Source of the DNA: Thermodesulfobacteriota bacterium
Lineage (GTDB): Bacteria > Desulfobacterota > Desulfobaccia > Desulfobaccales > 0-14-0-80-60-11
Assembly (NCBI GenBank): GCA_049322355.1
Contig: JBMORG010000001.1
Coordinates: 19,410-83,409 of the forward strand
DNA length: 64,000 bases
Reading direction: 5' to 3'
Shown here one piece after another: positions 19,563-28,124 of this stretch; within the stretch, counting starts at the first letter, position 1, and each line of letters opens with the position of its first letter. The translations under genes were made by a program, and so were the position numbers. The notes below the pieces were generated by a model. It saw only the letters and a program-made list of their open reading frames with translations, made no database searches and was not told where the DNA came from.

Positions 19563-19712
19563 TCAGATGGCAAGGCTTTGGTTTTGTTTTGCAGACTCAA
19601 ATCCCATGGACTCGAATTCCATCTCGAAGGTCTTATAAAAGGCCAACAGGATGGCCTGGGGGAATTTCAGGCCATTTTTAAAGGCCTTCACTGCCCGCAG
19701 TATCAGATTCAT
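19563..19712 (-). CDS. Small hypothetical protein (49 aa from the Met with a strong RBS)
   Basis: The ATG at 19712 is preceded by ggagaaggagg. This is the first gene of the minus-strand operon divergent from lysR. See the finding on a possible frameshifted continuation. Confidence 0.35.
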   Translation of the reverse strand: MNLILRAVKAFKNGLKFPQAILLAFYKTFEMEFESMGFESAKQNQSLAI

Positions 19713-19744
19713 GGCAACCTCCTTCTCCATATTTTTAGTTGAAT

Positions 19745-19830
19745 CGATTATCAATCGTGATATAAGATTATATAGTCTTAATTATCGTGTCCAACGATTT
19801 GTTTCGATCTTATCAATCGAAAAAATTGAT
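19745..19830. promoter_or_regulatory. Divergent control region with candidate LysR-type binding sites
   Basis: The 10-bp direct repeat TTATCAATCG occurs at 19748-19757 and 19810-19819. A dyad ATCAAT-N7-ATTGAT lies at 19812-19830 and CGATT-N3-AATCG at 19745-19757. The region sits between divergent genes. Confidence 0.4.
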
Positions 19831-19846
19831 CGGCAGGGGAAGAAAG

Positions 19847-20740
19847 ATGGAAATTCGGCAGCTCAGATCATTTCAGGCAGTGGCCAATCTCTTGAGCTTC
19901 AACAAGGCCGCAGATCGCCTTAACTACGCCCAATCCAGCATCTCGGCGCAGATTCAAGCCCTGGAAGAAGAACTCAGGGTGCAACTTTTTGATCGTTTGG
20001 GTAGGCGGGTGCTGTTGACTGAAGCCGGAACGCAGTTGCTGGAATATGCCAATAAGATTTTGGACCTGGTTGATGAATCTCACTCTGAAATGGCGGGCGC
20101 CAAAGAACCGCTGGGATCGTTGACCATCAGAATTCCGGAGACCTTTGGGGTGCATCGGCTGCCGGCCGTGATCCAAGAGTTCCATACCCGGTTCCCGAAA
20201 ATTCAGCTAAACTTCATTACCTGCGCCCATGAGGGTCTGGAAAAGGACCTACGCAAGGGACTGACCGACTTGGCCTTCCTCCTGACGGAGTCTTTCCAGA
20301 CTGCGGACCTGCTGTCGGAAACCCTGGGCTTTGAGTCCGTGGTCCTCGTCGCCGGTAGCGATCATCCCCTGGCGGCGAAAGTGGCCGTGCACACCCGGGA
20401 GCTGGCCGGAGAAACGATCCTGCTTTCGAAGGTGGACTGTAGTTATCGGAAATCCTTTGAACGACTCTTGCATGAGGAAGGCATCGGCAAGTTAACCAGG
20501 CTGGAGTTTCATAGCGTTGAGACTATCAAACGGAGCGTCAGGGCAGGAGTGGGAATCACGGTGATTCCCGAGATTGCCGTGGCGGAAGAGGTTGCCGCCC
20601 AAAAATTAGTGATTCTCCCCTGGACGGAAGGCCCCATCGAGGTGGCGCTCCTGATGATCTGGTACCGGGACCGTTGGCTGTCGCCCACCTTGAGGGCGTT
20701 CATGGAAGTAGCGAAGCGGGTGCTGGCCCAGGCTGCCTGA
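19847..20740 (+). CDS. LysR-family transcriptional regulator
   Basis: MEIRQLRSFQAVANLLSFNKAADRLNYAQSSISAQIQALEEEL is the canonical LysR wHTH N-terminus, and a substrate-binding domain follows. The ATG at 19847 is preferred over the listed 19787. Confidence 0.9.
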   Translation: MEIRQLRSFQAVANLLSFNKAADRLNYAQSSISAQIQALEEELRVQLFDRLGRRVLLTEAGTQLLEYANKILDLVDESHSEMAGAKEPLGSLTIRIPETFGVHRLPAVIQEFHTRFPKIQLNFITCAHEGLEKDLRKGLTDLAFLLTESFQTADLLSETLGFESVVLVAGSDHPLAAKVAVHTRELAGETILLSKVDCSYRKSFERLLHEEGIGKLTRLEFHSVETIKRSVRAGVGITVIPEIAVAEEVAAQKLVILPWTEGPIEVALLMIWYRDRWLSPTLRAFMEVAKRVLAQAA

Positions 20741-20798
20741 AGAAGCAAAGGGAAAAATGGAGAGGAGGGGCGGGGTCTGATGGCATAGGCGTTCAGCG

Positions 20799-22166
20799 TT
20801 AGGCCGGATAATCTTGTGCCAAGGTCTTCAACCGCTTCATAAGGTTCCCATAAGCTTTGAAAAGTGACGGTAATTCCCGAAGACGATATTTACGCATGAG
20901 CCTGATCTGATTTCTCAGGGACCGGGAGCGTTTGACCAGCGACGTCAGTTCAGCATAAAAATCCTTCAGCGGCAGTTTGGTGGGCAGTAAGGTATGAAAA
21001 AAATCGAAATAGTCGAAATTGGCGTTGATGAGATTATCCCGAACCTCGTCATACAGATCGGTCCCCGGCAAGGGAGTCAATACGGAAAAACCGATAAAAT
21101 CGAGATCCAGGCCGAGGCAGTATTTCCGTAAGTCGGTGAAGTCCTTCCGGTCGAACTCGGGCCTGATCATGAACATGGGCCAGATATCGATGCCGAGATC
21201 TTTGAGTATGCGCACCGCCTTTTCATTGTTTTCCACGGTCGCGCCCTTGTGTACCATTTTCAGATCCTGGTCCCTGATGAACTCAAGCCCTACAAAGACC
21301 CTTTCTAACCCTGCCTTCTTCCATTTTTCCAGCAGGTCGGGATGATGGGCAATGGTATCGCTGCGCCCGTAAAGAAAAAAACGTTTTCTGATCCCGGCCC
21401 GCTGGATGAGATCCGCCAGGATTCCCATGCGCGACGTATCCAACAGCGATTCATCATCCGCAAAGAATACATACTTCTCCTGGATGGTCCCCAACTCCTC
21501 CACAATGCGCTCGGGCTTCCTGGCGAGGTACCGCCCGCCGGTCAATTTCCACAGTGCACAGAATTGGCAGCGGAAATGGCAGCCCTTGGAGGTGCGGATG
21601 GACGCCAGGGGCCTCATCCACTCGCTGAAATAAGATGGTCGGTAGGCCGCAGTGAGATCCCGCCGGGGGAAGGGAAAAGCGTCCAGGTCCAGGCTTACAT
21701 CTTCCTGATGGAGAAGAATGGCGCCGTTTTCCAGACCGACAGCCCCCGGAATCTCCGACAAGGCCTGGTTTTTTTCCAGCCGAACCATGGCCTCCCGGAA
21801 GGGAAAGACACCTTCCCCCGAGATGATGAGGTCAATAAACGGGGTATAAAAATCCTCCGGACTTACGGTGGCGTGATGCCCGCCGACCACGGTGCAGATT
21901 TCCGGGTTGAAAGATTTGATCTGTTCAAAAAGCCTATTCACCGTGTTGACATGGACCGTATAGGAGGTGATGCCCGCAACATCGGGCCGAAAGTCACGAA
22001 GGTACGAGTCAAGATCGGGATCGAGCCGCATGTCGAGAATGCGCACATCGTGGTCCGGGGCGACCCCCGCCGCCAGATATTCCAGGGCCAGCGGCTCAAA
22101 AATGGAAAAGTCCTCGCCTCCCAAGGCCTTCTCGGGTTTGGCGGGTTGTATCAGCAGAAGGTTCAT
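20799..22166 (-). CDS. B12-binding domain-containing radical SAM protein
   Basis: The N-terminal Rossmann-like B12-binding region is followed by SKGCHFRCQFCALW (the CxxxCxxC radical-SAM cluster motif). Confidence 0.8.
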   Translation of the reverse strand: MNLLLIQPAKPEKALGGEDFSIFEPLALEYLAAGVAPDHDVRILDMRLDPDLDSYLRDFRPDVAGITSYTVHVNTVNRLFEQIKSFNPEICTVVGGHHATVSPEDFYTPFIDLIISGEGVFPFREAMVRLEKNQALSEIPGAVGLENGAILLHQEDVSLDLDAFPFPRRDLTAAYRPSYFSEWMRPLASIRTSKGCHFRCQFCALWKLTGGRYLARKPERIVEELGTIQEKYVFFADDESLLDTSRMGILADLIQRAGIRKRFFLYGRSDTIAHHPDLLEKWKKAGLERVFVGLEFIRDQDLKMVHKGATVENNEKAVRILKDLGIDIWPMFMIRPEFDRKDFTDLRKYCLGLDLDFIGFSVLTPLPGTDLYDEVRDNLINANFDYFDFFHTLLPTKLPLKDFYAELTSLVKRSRSLRNQIRLMRKYRLRELPSLFKAYGNLMKRLKTLAQDYPA

Positions 22167-22197
22167 TGCTGCCTTATTGCGGTAAGTTCAAAATCTG

Positions 22198-22806
22198 TTA
22201 ACGGGTGCTCCTGCTTATGCCCTTAAGGTAAGGTTCAGTCATGGCCGCGAGAATTTCCGCCGCCAGGTCTACGGTCATTTCCGGATTTCGAAAAAGCAAG
22301 ATGAGGGCGCCGAGGTACAGCGAGAATATCGCCCCCGCGGCCACTTCGGTATTCACATCCTCCCTGATAGTGCCCCGGACCTTTTCCTCTGCCAACATGC
22401 CGGACAAGAAAAGGAGATATTGTTCAGACAGTCGGGACAGGTTTGGGGTTTCGCCTGCGGGTTCGAATATGGTTTGGCGGATAAAGGCCCGGTAGAGGTC
22501 GCGGTTCTTATCATAGAGCCGGAAGAATCCCTGCGCCAGGTGCATCAGGCGCCCAAGGAGTGCCAAATCCTTGGGTAACGAGGCCATAAGTTCAGATAGA
22601 GCCTTGCCAATATCCCGGTTGAGGGCCTCTTCCAGCAATGCAGTCTTGCTTTTGAAATGCACCACCACCGAAGCTGGAGAGACCCCGGCTTGCCTGGCTA
22701 TGTCCCTGATAGTGCATTCCTCCATCCCTTTTTGGGCAAAAAGCCGGCGTGCCGCTTTTAAGATGAGCTCCCTGGTTTCTTTTTTTGAGGCTTCGCGGCG
22801 ATTCAT
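22198..22806 (-). CDS. TetR/AcrR-family transcriptional regulator
   Basis: N-terminal HTH KETRELILKAARRLFAQKGMEECTIRDIARQAGVSPASVVVHF. Confidence 0.9.
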   Translation of the reverse strand: MNRREASKKETRELILKAARRLFAQKGMEECTIRDIARQAGVSPASVVVHFKSKTALLEEALNRDIGKALSELMASLPKDLALLGRLMHLAQGFFRLYDKNRDLYRAFIRQTIFEPAGETPNLSRLSEQYLLFLSGMLAEEKVRGTIREDVNTEVAAGAIFSLYLGALILLFRNPEMTVDLAAEILAAMTEPYLKGISRSTR

Positions 22807-22820
22807 TTATCTAAACCAGT

Positions 22821-22844
22821 TTATTAAATAAACATATTTAATAA
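22821..22844. promoter_or_regulatory. Perfect palindrome, candidate TetR operator
   Basis: TTATTAAATA-aaca-TATTTAATAA (10-bp arms, 4-bp spacer) lies 15 bp upstream of the tetR start. Confidence 0.45.
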
Positions 22845-22859
22845 AATTGGGAGCTCTCT

Positions 22860-23220
22860 GTCAAGCGAAAAAACAAGAATCAGGAGCGGCACGGCAAAAC
22901 CGGCATCGGACCGAAAGAGGATCAGGGTTTCGGGATAGGCTTTTTTTCAGTTTCTTAATTAAACGCACTGACAGCCCCTTGGAGGCGTGGGTATTGCCAG
23001 AGCGCAGCATCGCGGCCAGGGGAAAGCCATCGCGGCCAGGGGAAAGCCATCGCGGCCGTCGAAGACGAGGAGCGGATGGTGCATATGCTCTTTGTAATAG
23101 CCATGGAAGAAGCTGAGTTGCTGTTTCCCGTGAGTAGGGTCATCGACGACCGGGAGTTTTAATTGTCGCTCATCACAAGGCGGTTCCAGAAAGTGATGGA
23201 TTGCAAAAGAAATCCTTTCC
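22860..23220 (-). pseudogene. IS1380-family (DDE group 1) transposase relic, internal fragment with frameshifts
   Basis: The minus-strand translation reads ...LKLPVVDDPTHGKQQLSFFHGYYKEHMHHPLLVFDGRDGFPLAA... . Once one copy of a 20-bp duplication is removed it continues ...MLRSGNTHASKGL..., and in another frame FRSDAGFAVPLL. These blocks match conserved IS1380-type transposase motifs. No start codon or full-length frame is present. Confidence 0.55.
23017..23056. repeat. 20-bp tandem duplication inside the transposase relic
   Basis: catcgcggccaggggaaagc occurs twice in tandem, followed by a partial third copy (catcgcggcc). A 20-bp insertion breaks the reading frame. Confidence 0.8.
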
Positions 23221-23561
23221 TTTCTTCATAGGGATAAAAAACTCCTATTCCTCTTTCCTCTCCAAATTAGATAAGCTTTAAAGTATGTACTGTACAGATG
23301 TATAGTATAATTAAGGAGATTATGCCAACGGGGCAATTGATGCACAGTGGGCGATAGCGCTGGAAGGATAAGGAATGTTTGTGTAAAAGACCTCGACATG
23401 ACCAGGTGTTCACTCTTAAGATTATTCATTCTACCCGTGTTAAGGCCGAAAGGTAGCGGCTCGCTTAACCGGATATAATTATCTTTGCTTAAATATCGGT
23501 GGAGATGCGCCAGGTAACAGTCTTAATGAATAAATTCTATTTGTGATTTAAAGTGGGGCTG

Positions 23562-24344
23562 TCAGCTTCCTTTATTAATCCACAAGAGAGATAGGACAAA
23601 TCCATAGTTTGCCGAGCTAACTGAATGTTCCATTATCTTATTAAAACCATAACCATTACCACCAATCCATGCATCGCTCTCAACTTCCACTGGTTCATCG
23701 GGAAGGGCATTTCCTTGGAAGAAGCGCGATGCGATTGTTCTATTGTCAAGATTATGTATGGGTATGTATGATAAAAAATAATCATTTTTACGGAACCACC
23801 TAATTTGCGCTTCTTTTGAAAACACCAAGGCGCATGATTGATTACAGAAACGCACGAATCGCATAGCAGTTGCGGTTAGGGATGTGTTGAAAATCTCAGT
23901 AAGTCTTTTTATATGATCTAAGCTAACTTGTTCAACCTGGCATTTTCGTTCAATTAAAGTTCTTGGGAGCAATAATTCCTGTGCAAAAGCATTTGCTTCC
24001 TTTTCTTCCTTACATAATTTCTCAGACTCCCAAATATCATTATGTTCAAGTATGTGCATTGATACTCCATGATTCAACACAAAATGCCCAAGTTCATGAG
24101 CTATGCTGAATCGTCTACGGGCTAAGTTTGTTTCTGAATCAGCAATTCTGATTGTCCCACGATCTCCATAGCGAACTAAACGCGCAGCAGCGCCATCAAG
24201 TTGACCTAAAATAACTTTGACCCCCAGAGCATCACACAGAGCCTCAATTTTGATCTCATCAGGGATTGTAATGGCAAACCTATCAATTATCTCTAATGCT
24301 TTACGCTCGGCAGCCAATAAATTTGGTTCGATATTCTTCGGCAT
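23562..24344 (-). CDS. ImmA/IrrE-family zinc metalloprotease with an extra C-terminal domain
   Basis: HEXXH motif in FSIAHELGHFVLNHG, with downstream EEKEANAFAQELLLP. About 120 additional C-terminal residues follow. Confidence 0.8.
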   Translation of the reverse strand: MPKNIEPNLLAAERKALEIIDRFAITIPDEIKIEALCDALGVKVILGQLDGAAARLVRYGDRGTIRIADSETNLARRRFSIAHELGHFVLNHGVSMHILEHNDIWESEKLCKEEKEANAFAQELLLPRTLIERKCQVEQVSLDHIKRLTEIFNTSLTATAMRFVRFCNQSCALVFSKEAQIRWFRKNDYFLSYIPIHNLDNRTIASRFFQGNALPDEPVEVESDAWIGGNGYGFNKIMEHSVSSANYGFVLSLLWINKGS

Positions 24345-24347
24345 TTT

Positions 24348-24773
24348 TTACTCTTTGTTTTCCATCCTTGCTTTTGCCATTTCCAAGTCCTCCAATAAAG
24401 ACAATAGATCATCTTTAGATTGAGACTCGAGACCCCGGTAAGCTACCGCGAAAGTCCTCTCAGGCATGGTGGTCAATTCCCTAATTCTCGATATAATCTT
24501 TTCCTTAGTCCAGTGGAGCCTCTCTGAGAAATTTTCCGGCCAGGGTCCTGGTGATAAGCTTTTCTCCTGCGCTTCTTCGGGCACCTGAGCTTTGGCGGCA
24601 GCTTGGATGCCCTTGAGCCTCTCCATCAACCGCCCCTTAACTGCTTCATAATCTACCCCAGATGCTCTCAGGTCATCTATCACCTCTTCGAGTGTCTGAC
24701 CATCGCTGCGTGCCATGAATTCCGTCACGGTGTTAAGAAAAGACCACATTCTTTTTTTATTGTCCAGTTCCAT
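24348..24773 (-). CDS. Hypothetical protein, no recognisable HTH
   Basis: The ORF is tightly packed between the sigma-like gene and the ImmA-like gene, with 3-4 nt gaps. Its composition is more GC-rich than either neighbour. Confidence 0.5.
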   Translation of the reverse strand: MELDNKKRMWSFLNTVTEFMARSDGQTLEEVIDDLRASGVDYEAVKGRLMERLKGIQAAAKAQVPEEAQEKSLSPGPWPENFSERLHWTKEKIISRIRELTTMPERTFAVAYRGLESQSKDDLLSLLEDLEMAKARMENKE

Positions 24774-24777
24774 GAAG

Positions 24778-25434
24778 TTACCTTTTATGAAATAGTTGAT
24801 TATATAAAGGTCTTACCCTTCTGCGTAATTTTTTCATGATGCGATAAACATCATTGATACCTATATTTGTTTCCTCAGATATAAGTTTCGGAGTATATAC
24901 CCCATCATATAATGCAGAAAGTATCAACATTATTTCCTTATCATCTTTACATAAATCGTTTATGCACGTATAGATATTTTTCAATTCATCATTTCGTTCC
25001 AAAAGCTTCTCAGGATTCCCAAAATCAATATCGTCATGGCATAAATTATTTATATCATAAGGTCCATTTGGATCGTCAAGTGAGACAGGATTATGAACTA
25101 GCTTTTTTAAATATTGTAATTTGTGGTTTATTATGCTATCAATAATACTCATTATAAAAGACTTTGGATCTAAGTATTTATCTTTGTTCCAATTTCTATA
25201 GGCAAAATCTTTGCCTATCCCATATGCGGAGGCGATGGATTCCATTGTTATATCCTCAGGATCTAATATTATATCACCATTCCTTATTCTATTGTAATTA
25301 GTTTTAATTCTAGCATATTTGAATAGTTGAGGCATGAGTTCAGCCCAATCTACCTGGTTTAATTGGTCCCGGTTTCCCTTGTCGTATTTTTTGTTTTCCT
25401 CCAAATCCACTGCATAGCCTCCGCAAAATCCCAA
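24778..25434 (-). CDS. Sigma-70/ECF-like protein (region 2-like and region 4-like HTH)
   Basis: The C-terminal EIMLILSALYDGVYTPKLISEETNIGINDVYRIMKKLRRRV looks like a sigma region 4 HTH. The N-terminal WAELMPQLFKYARIKT is region 2-like. The gene is AT-rich. Confidence 0.45.
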   Translation of the reverse strand: MGFCGGYAVDLEENKKYDKGNRDQLNQVDWAELMPQLFKYARIKTNYNRIRNGDIILDPEDITMESIASAYGIGKDFAYRNWNKDKYLDPKSFIMSIIDSIINHKLQYLKKLVHNPVSLDDPNGPYDINNLCHDDIDFGNPEKLLERNDELKNIYTCINDLCKDDKEIMLILSALYDGVYTPKLISEETNIGINDVYRIMKKLRRRVRPLYNQLFHKR

Positions 25435-26120
25435 TGATTTTTCTGAGGGAAATATTTTTACCTAAAGATTTTGCTTTCGTGGCAAAAAATTAATTCTCAT
25501 GGGCATATAAATATTAGGAGGACGGGCATGAGAATCAACATATCAATAAAAAAGGAAGGCTGGAGCAGGCAGCTCCTCTTCCATTGCCATAGCCATGAAT
25601 CAAAAATTGAATACTGCAAAAATAAAAAGGAGTCAAGTATTTTTATAAAATAAATAATAATATTTTTTAACTAAGCAGTATCCTCCAAAAAATTCCCCTT
25701 ATGGAATTAAGCTAAGAAACCCATCTTTACTAAAAATTAATCTCTTGCTACTGCCTTCTGTAAACAATCATTCAAAATAATTACCGCTTAGTTAAGAATG
25801 CCGGAAACCAGAGTTCTCTAGTTAATAATGCCCTTAAGAAGGCGATAGAAATAATCATATACTCGTCATGGCAAGTTATGGTAACTTATGAATGATTCTT
25901 TTAAAATCAATGTAACATGTAAATAATTTGACAAAGAAAGTTTACGCGTCAGTGTTGTGATCCTACTCCCTTGAAAACTTTAGAAAATGCAGACTCAGAA
26001 AAATCAAATTACGGTCATTTATAGGATATATTGTTGGAGATTCAGCTATCAATATATTCAGGAGGTTATGAATGTTTTGAAAAATTACGATGAATTAAAA
26101 TTACAAATTGCACATTTTAG

Positions 26121-27474
26121 CAGGCTGATGAAAAACCACTTCGATTAAGCCGTGTCATCTTCTTAGAAGACGGTTTTGGTACCCTTATGACGGGCAAAGT
26201 CTCGAGAAAATCTGGGCTGCGTCCTCCATCAGATGTTGGTTGTAGGCAGAGCTATCGCTTTCCCGATAGCTGCCGTGGTTCAAAGAGAAACCACCGTCGC
26301 CATGTTACGGATGCGCACCAGGTTGTACGCCGCCGCAGTCAGGGTGAACATCCAGCCCACCCGGTCAAGGCCTCGGTGCCGGGTCTTGCGGAGATTGCCC
26401 ACGGTCTTCATCCAGCCGAAGATTTCCTCCACCCTCTTCCGGAGGCGCTGGCTGACGGCGTAGCCCGGATGGCGGGTGGTGCGGCCGTCAATGGCGGACT
26501 TCCGGCCGTGACAGTTTTGGGCCACATGGGGCACGGCCTTCAGGGCCCGCAGAGAGTGGACAAATTCCTGAGTATCGTAGGCCTTGTCTGCGCCCACGGT
26601 AATGCGATGCCGGCCGGGAACGCCCCCCACCATGTCCTCTGCTGCCTCCCGCTTGGCCGTGCCGGTGGCTGCGGTGAGCCGGGGCCAGACCACCAGGCCG
26701 TGGCGGTTCTCCATGAGTACATGCCCCATGAAGCAGAGCTTGGCCTCTTTGCCTTTGCCCTTCTTGAACAGCCGGGCCTCGGGGTCGGTGGTGGAGGCAT
26801 GCGTCTGGTTCAGGCGCTTGTCCCCATGAAAGTCCACTTCCGGGTTGCGGCCGCCGCCGCCCTCGGGGGGCGGGGCGTCTTTGGGGCGGAAACTCTTCAG
26901 GGAGGCCCAGGCCTCGATTAAGGTGCCGTCCACGGTGAAATGCTCATCCGACAGCAACCCGGCGGCCGCCGCCTGCTTCAGGATGCGGGCGAAAAAGGCC
27001 GCGGCCAGGTCCGAATCGAGGAAGCGTTCCTGGTTTTTGGAAAAGACGGAATGGTCCCAGACCTTGTCGTCCATGGAAAGACCGACAAACCAGCGAAACA
27101 GGAGATTGTAATCAAGTTGCTCCATCAACAGGCGGGCGCTGCGGATGGTGTAAAGGATTTGCAGCACCAAGGCGCGCAGCAGCTTCTCCGGGGGGATGGA
27201 AGGGCGTCCTTCCCGGGAATACATGGCCTGAAACTCTCCGGACAGTTCGGCCAGGGCTTGATTCACCATGTCCCGGATGGGTCTTAAGGGGTGATCCCGG
27301 GGCACACGGGCTTCGGGAGAAAGGTAGCTGAACATGGCTTGCTGTTGCACATCCTTGCCGCGCATACTGGCTGCCTCTAGATAACATATTGTTATCATTG
27401 ACTATAGCACCTTTTAGCCATTAAAGACAGCCTTATTTAAGGATCATAAATAAAAGAGTTTTTCAACAGCCTGT
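26121..27474 (-). mobile_element. Intact IS5-family insertion sequence (1,354 bp)
   Basis: Terminal inverted repeats are caggctgAtgaaaaac (26121-26136) and the reverse complement of gtttttcaAcagcctg (27459-27474), matching at 15 of 16 positions. They are flanked by a direct TTAG at 26117-26120 and 27475-27478, which fits the YTAR 4-bp target of IS5-type elements. The body is GC-rich within an AT-rich context. Confidence 0.85.
26280..27365 (-). CDS. IS5-family DDE transposase (DUF772-type N-terminus)
   Basis: QQAMFSYLSPEARVPRDHPLRPIRDMVNQAL... and LLFRWFVGLSMDD... are typical of IS5/IS1182-group transposases. The likely start is MRGKD at 27365. Confidence 0.9.
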   Translation of the reverse strand: MRGKDVQQQAMFSYLSPEARVPRDHPLRPIRDMVNQALAELSGEFQAMYSREGRPSIPPEKLLRALVLQILYTIRSARLLMEQLDYNLLFRWFVGLSMDDKVWDHSVFSKNQERFLDSDLAAAFFARILKQAAAAGLLSDEHFTVDGTLIEAWASLKSFRPKDAPPPEGGGGRNPEVDFHGDKRLNQTHASTTDPEARLFKKGKGKEAKLCFMGHVLMENRHGLVVWPRLTAATGTAKREAAEDMVGGVPGRHRITVGADKAYDTQEFVHSLRALKAVPHVAQNCHGRKSAIDGRTTRHPGYAVSQRLRKRVEEIFGWMKTVGNLRKTRHRGLDRVGWMFTLTAAAYNLVRIRNMATVVSL

Positions 27475-27881
27475 TAGAGGGAGAATCTATCTTCAAATCT
27501 ACTGGTTCCGGAAAACGGCCAACCGGTTTTGACTTAAATTGTGCAACCTGCGGATCTTAAAATCTTTAATGAATAAAAACAATTATAGGCTTTAACAGGG
27601 CTATAAAAGTAACTGATAATAAAAAGAGGAGGTCAACACTGTGGTCAAAAATCGGGGTAACTAAGCAATGACTGCATACGTTCTTTAAAACCCCACCTTG
27701 TTGTATCGATCAAGTTCAGCGACAGATTAATCTGGATTTAATTAGCTGATCTTTACAGTCAGCTGCATGGATAACTGTTGGTTTTTATAGCCAATCCCAA
27801 ATATTCTCTTCTCAGATTGAAGTACTCTTCAGGCAATCTCAAGAAAAGCTGAGAATAATTTACTGCGAGGATAAGTATGCT

Positions 27882-28124
27882 ATGAAACAAAATCGAAGTG
27901 CAAAGTTTCAGAACCCTAATGTTAATGCGCAGCTATTAAACATCGATGATGCTGCCGAACGCCTCAACATCTCCAGTCACACCGTAAGGGGGCTGGTGCG
28001 GCAAAGAAAGATCACCTTTGTTAAGCTTGGAGCCCGGGTATTATTTCGTCCCCAGGACCTGGAAGAGTTTATCAAATCCCATTTGGTCCCCGCCCAGGCC
28101 GGAGGCCAGGAGGAGACCCCGTGA
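27882..28124 (+). CDS. Excisionase-family helix-turn-helix DNA-binding protein
   Basis: LLNIDDAAERLNISSHTVRGLVRQRKITFVKLGARVLFRPQDLEEFI. Confidence 0.75.
   Translation: MKQNRSAKFQNPNVNAQLLNIDDAAERLNISSHTVRGLVRQRKITFVKLGARVLFRPQDLEEFIKSHLVPAQAGGQEETP

Noticed and set aside
21342-22226. A 294-aa plus-strand ORF antisense to the radical SAM gene.
   Set aside because: This is a shadow ORF. The opposite strand carries the CxxxCxxC radical SAM protein, and this ORF has no RBS or motif.
23226-23429. A 67-aa minus-strand ORF between the IS1380 relic and the ImmA-like gene. Other isolated 60-90 aa ORFs lie in intergenic AT-rich DNA, for example 25471-25653 and 30936-31127.
   Set aside because: They have no RBS, no motifs and odd compositions. 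They lie in regions better explained as promoter, repeat or relic DNA.
26187-26921. A 244-aa plus-strand ORF antisense to the IS5 transposase.
   Set aside because: It is a GC-rich shadow ORF within the IS element, and the transposase frame on the minus strand is clearly the real one.
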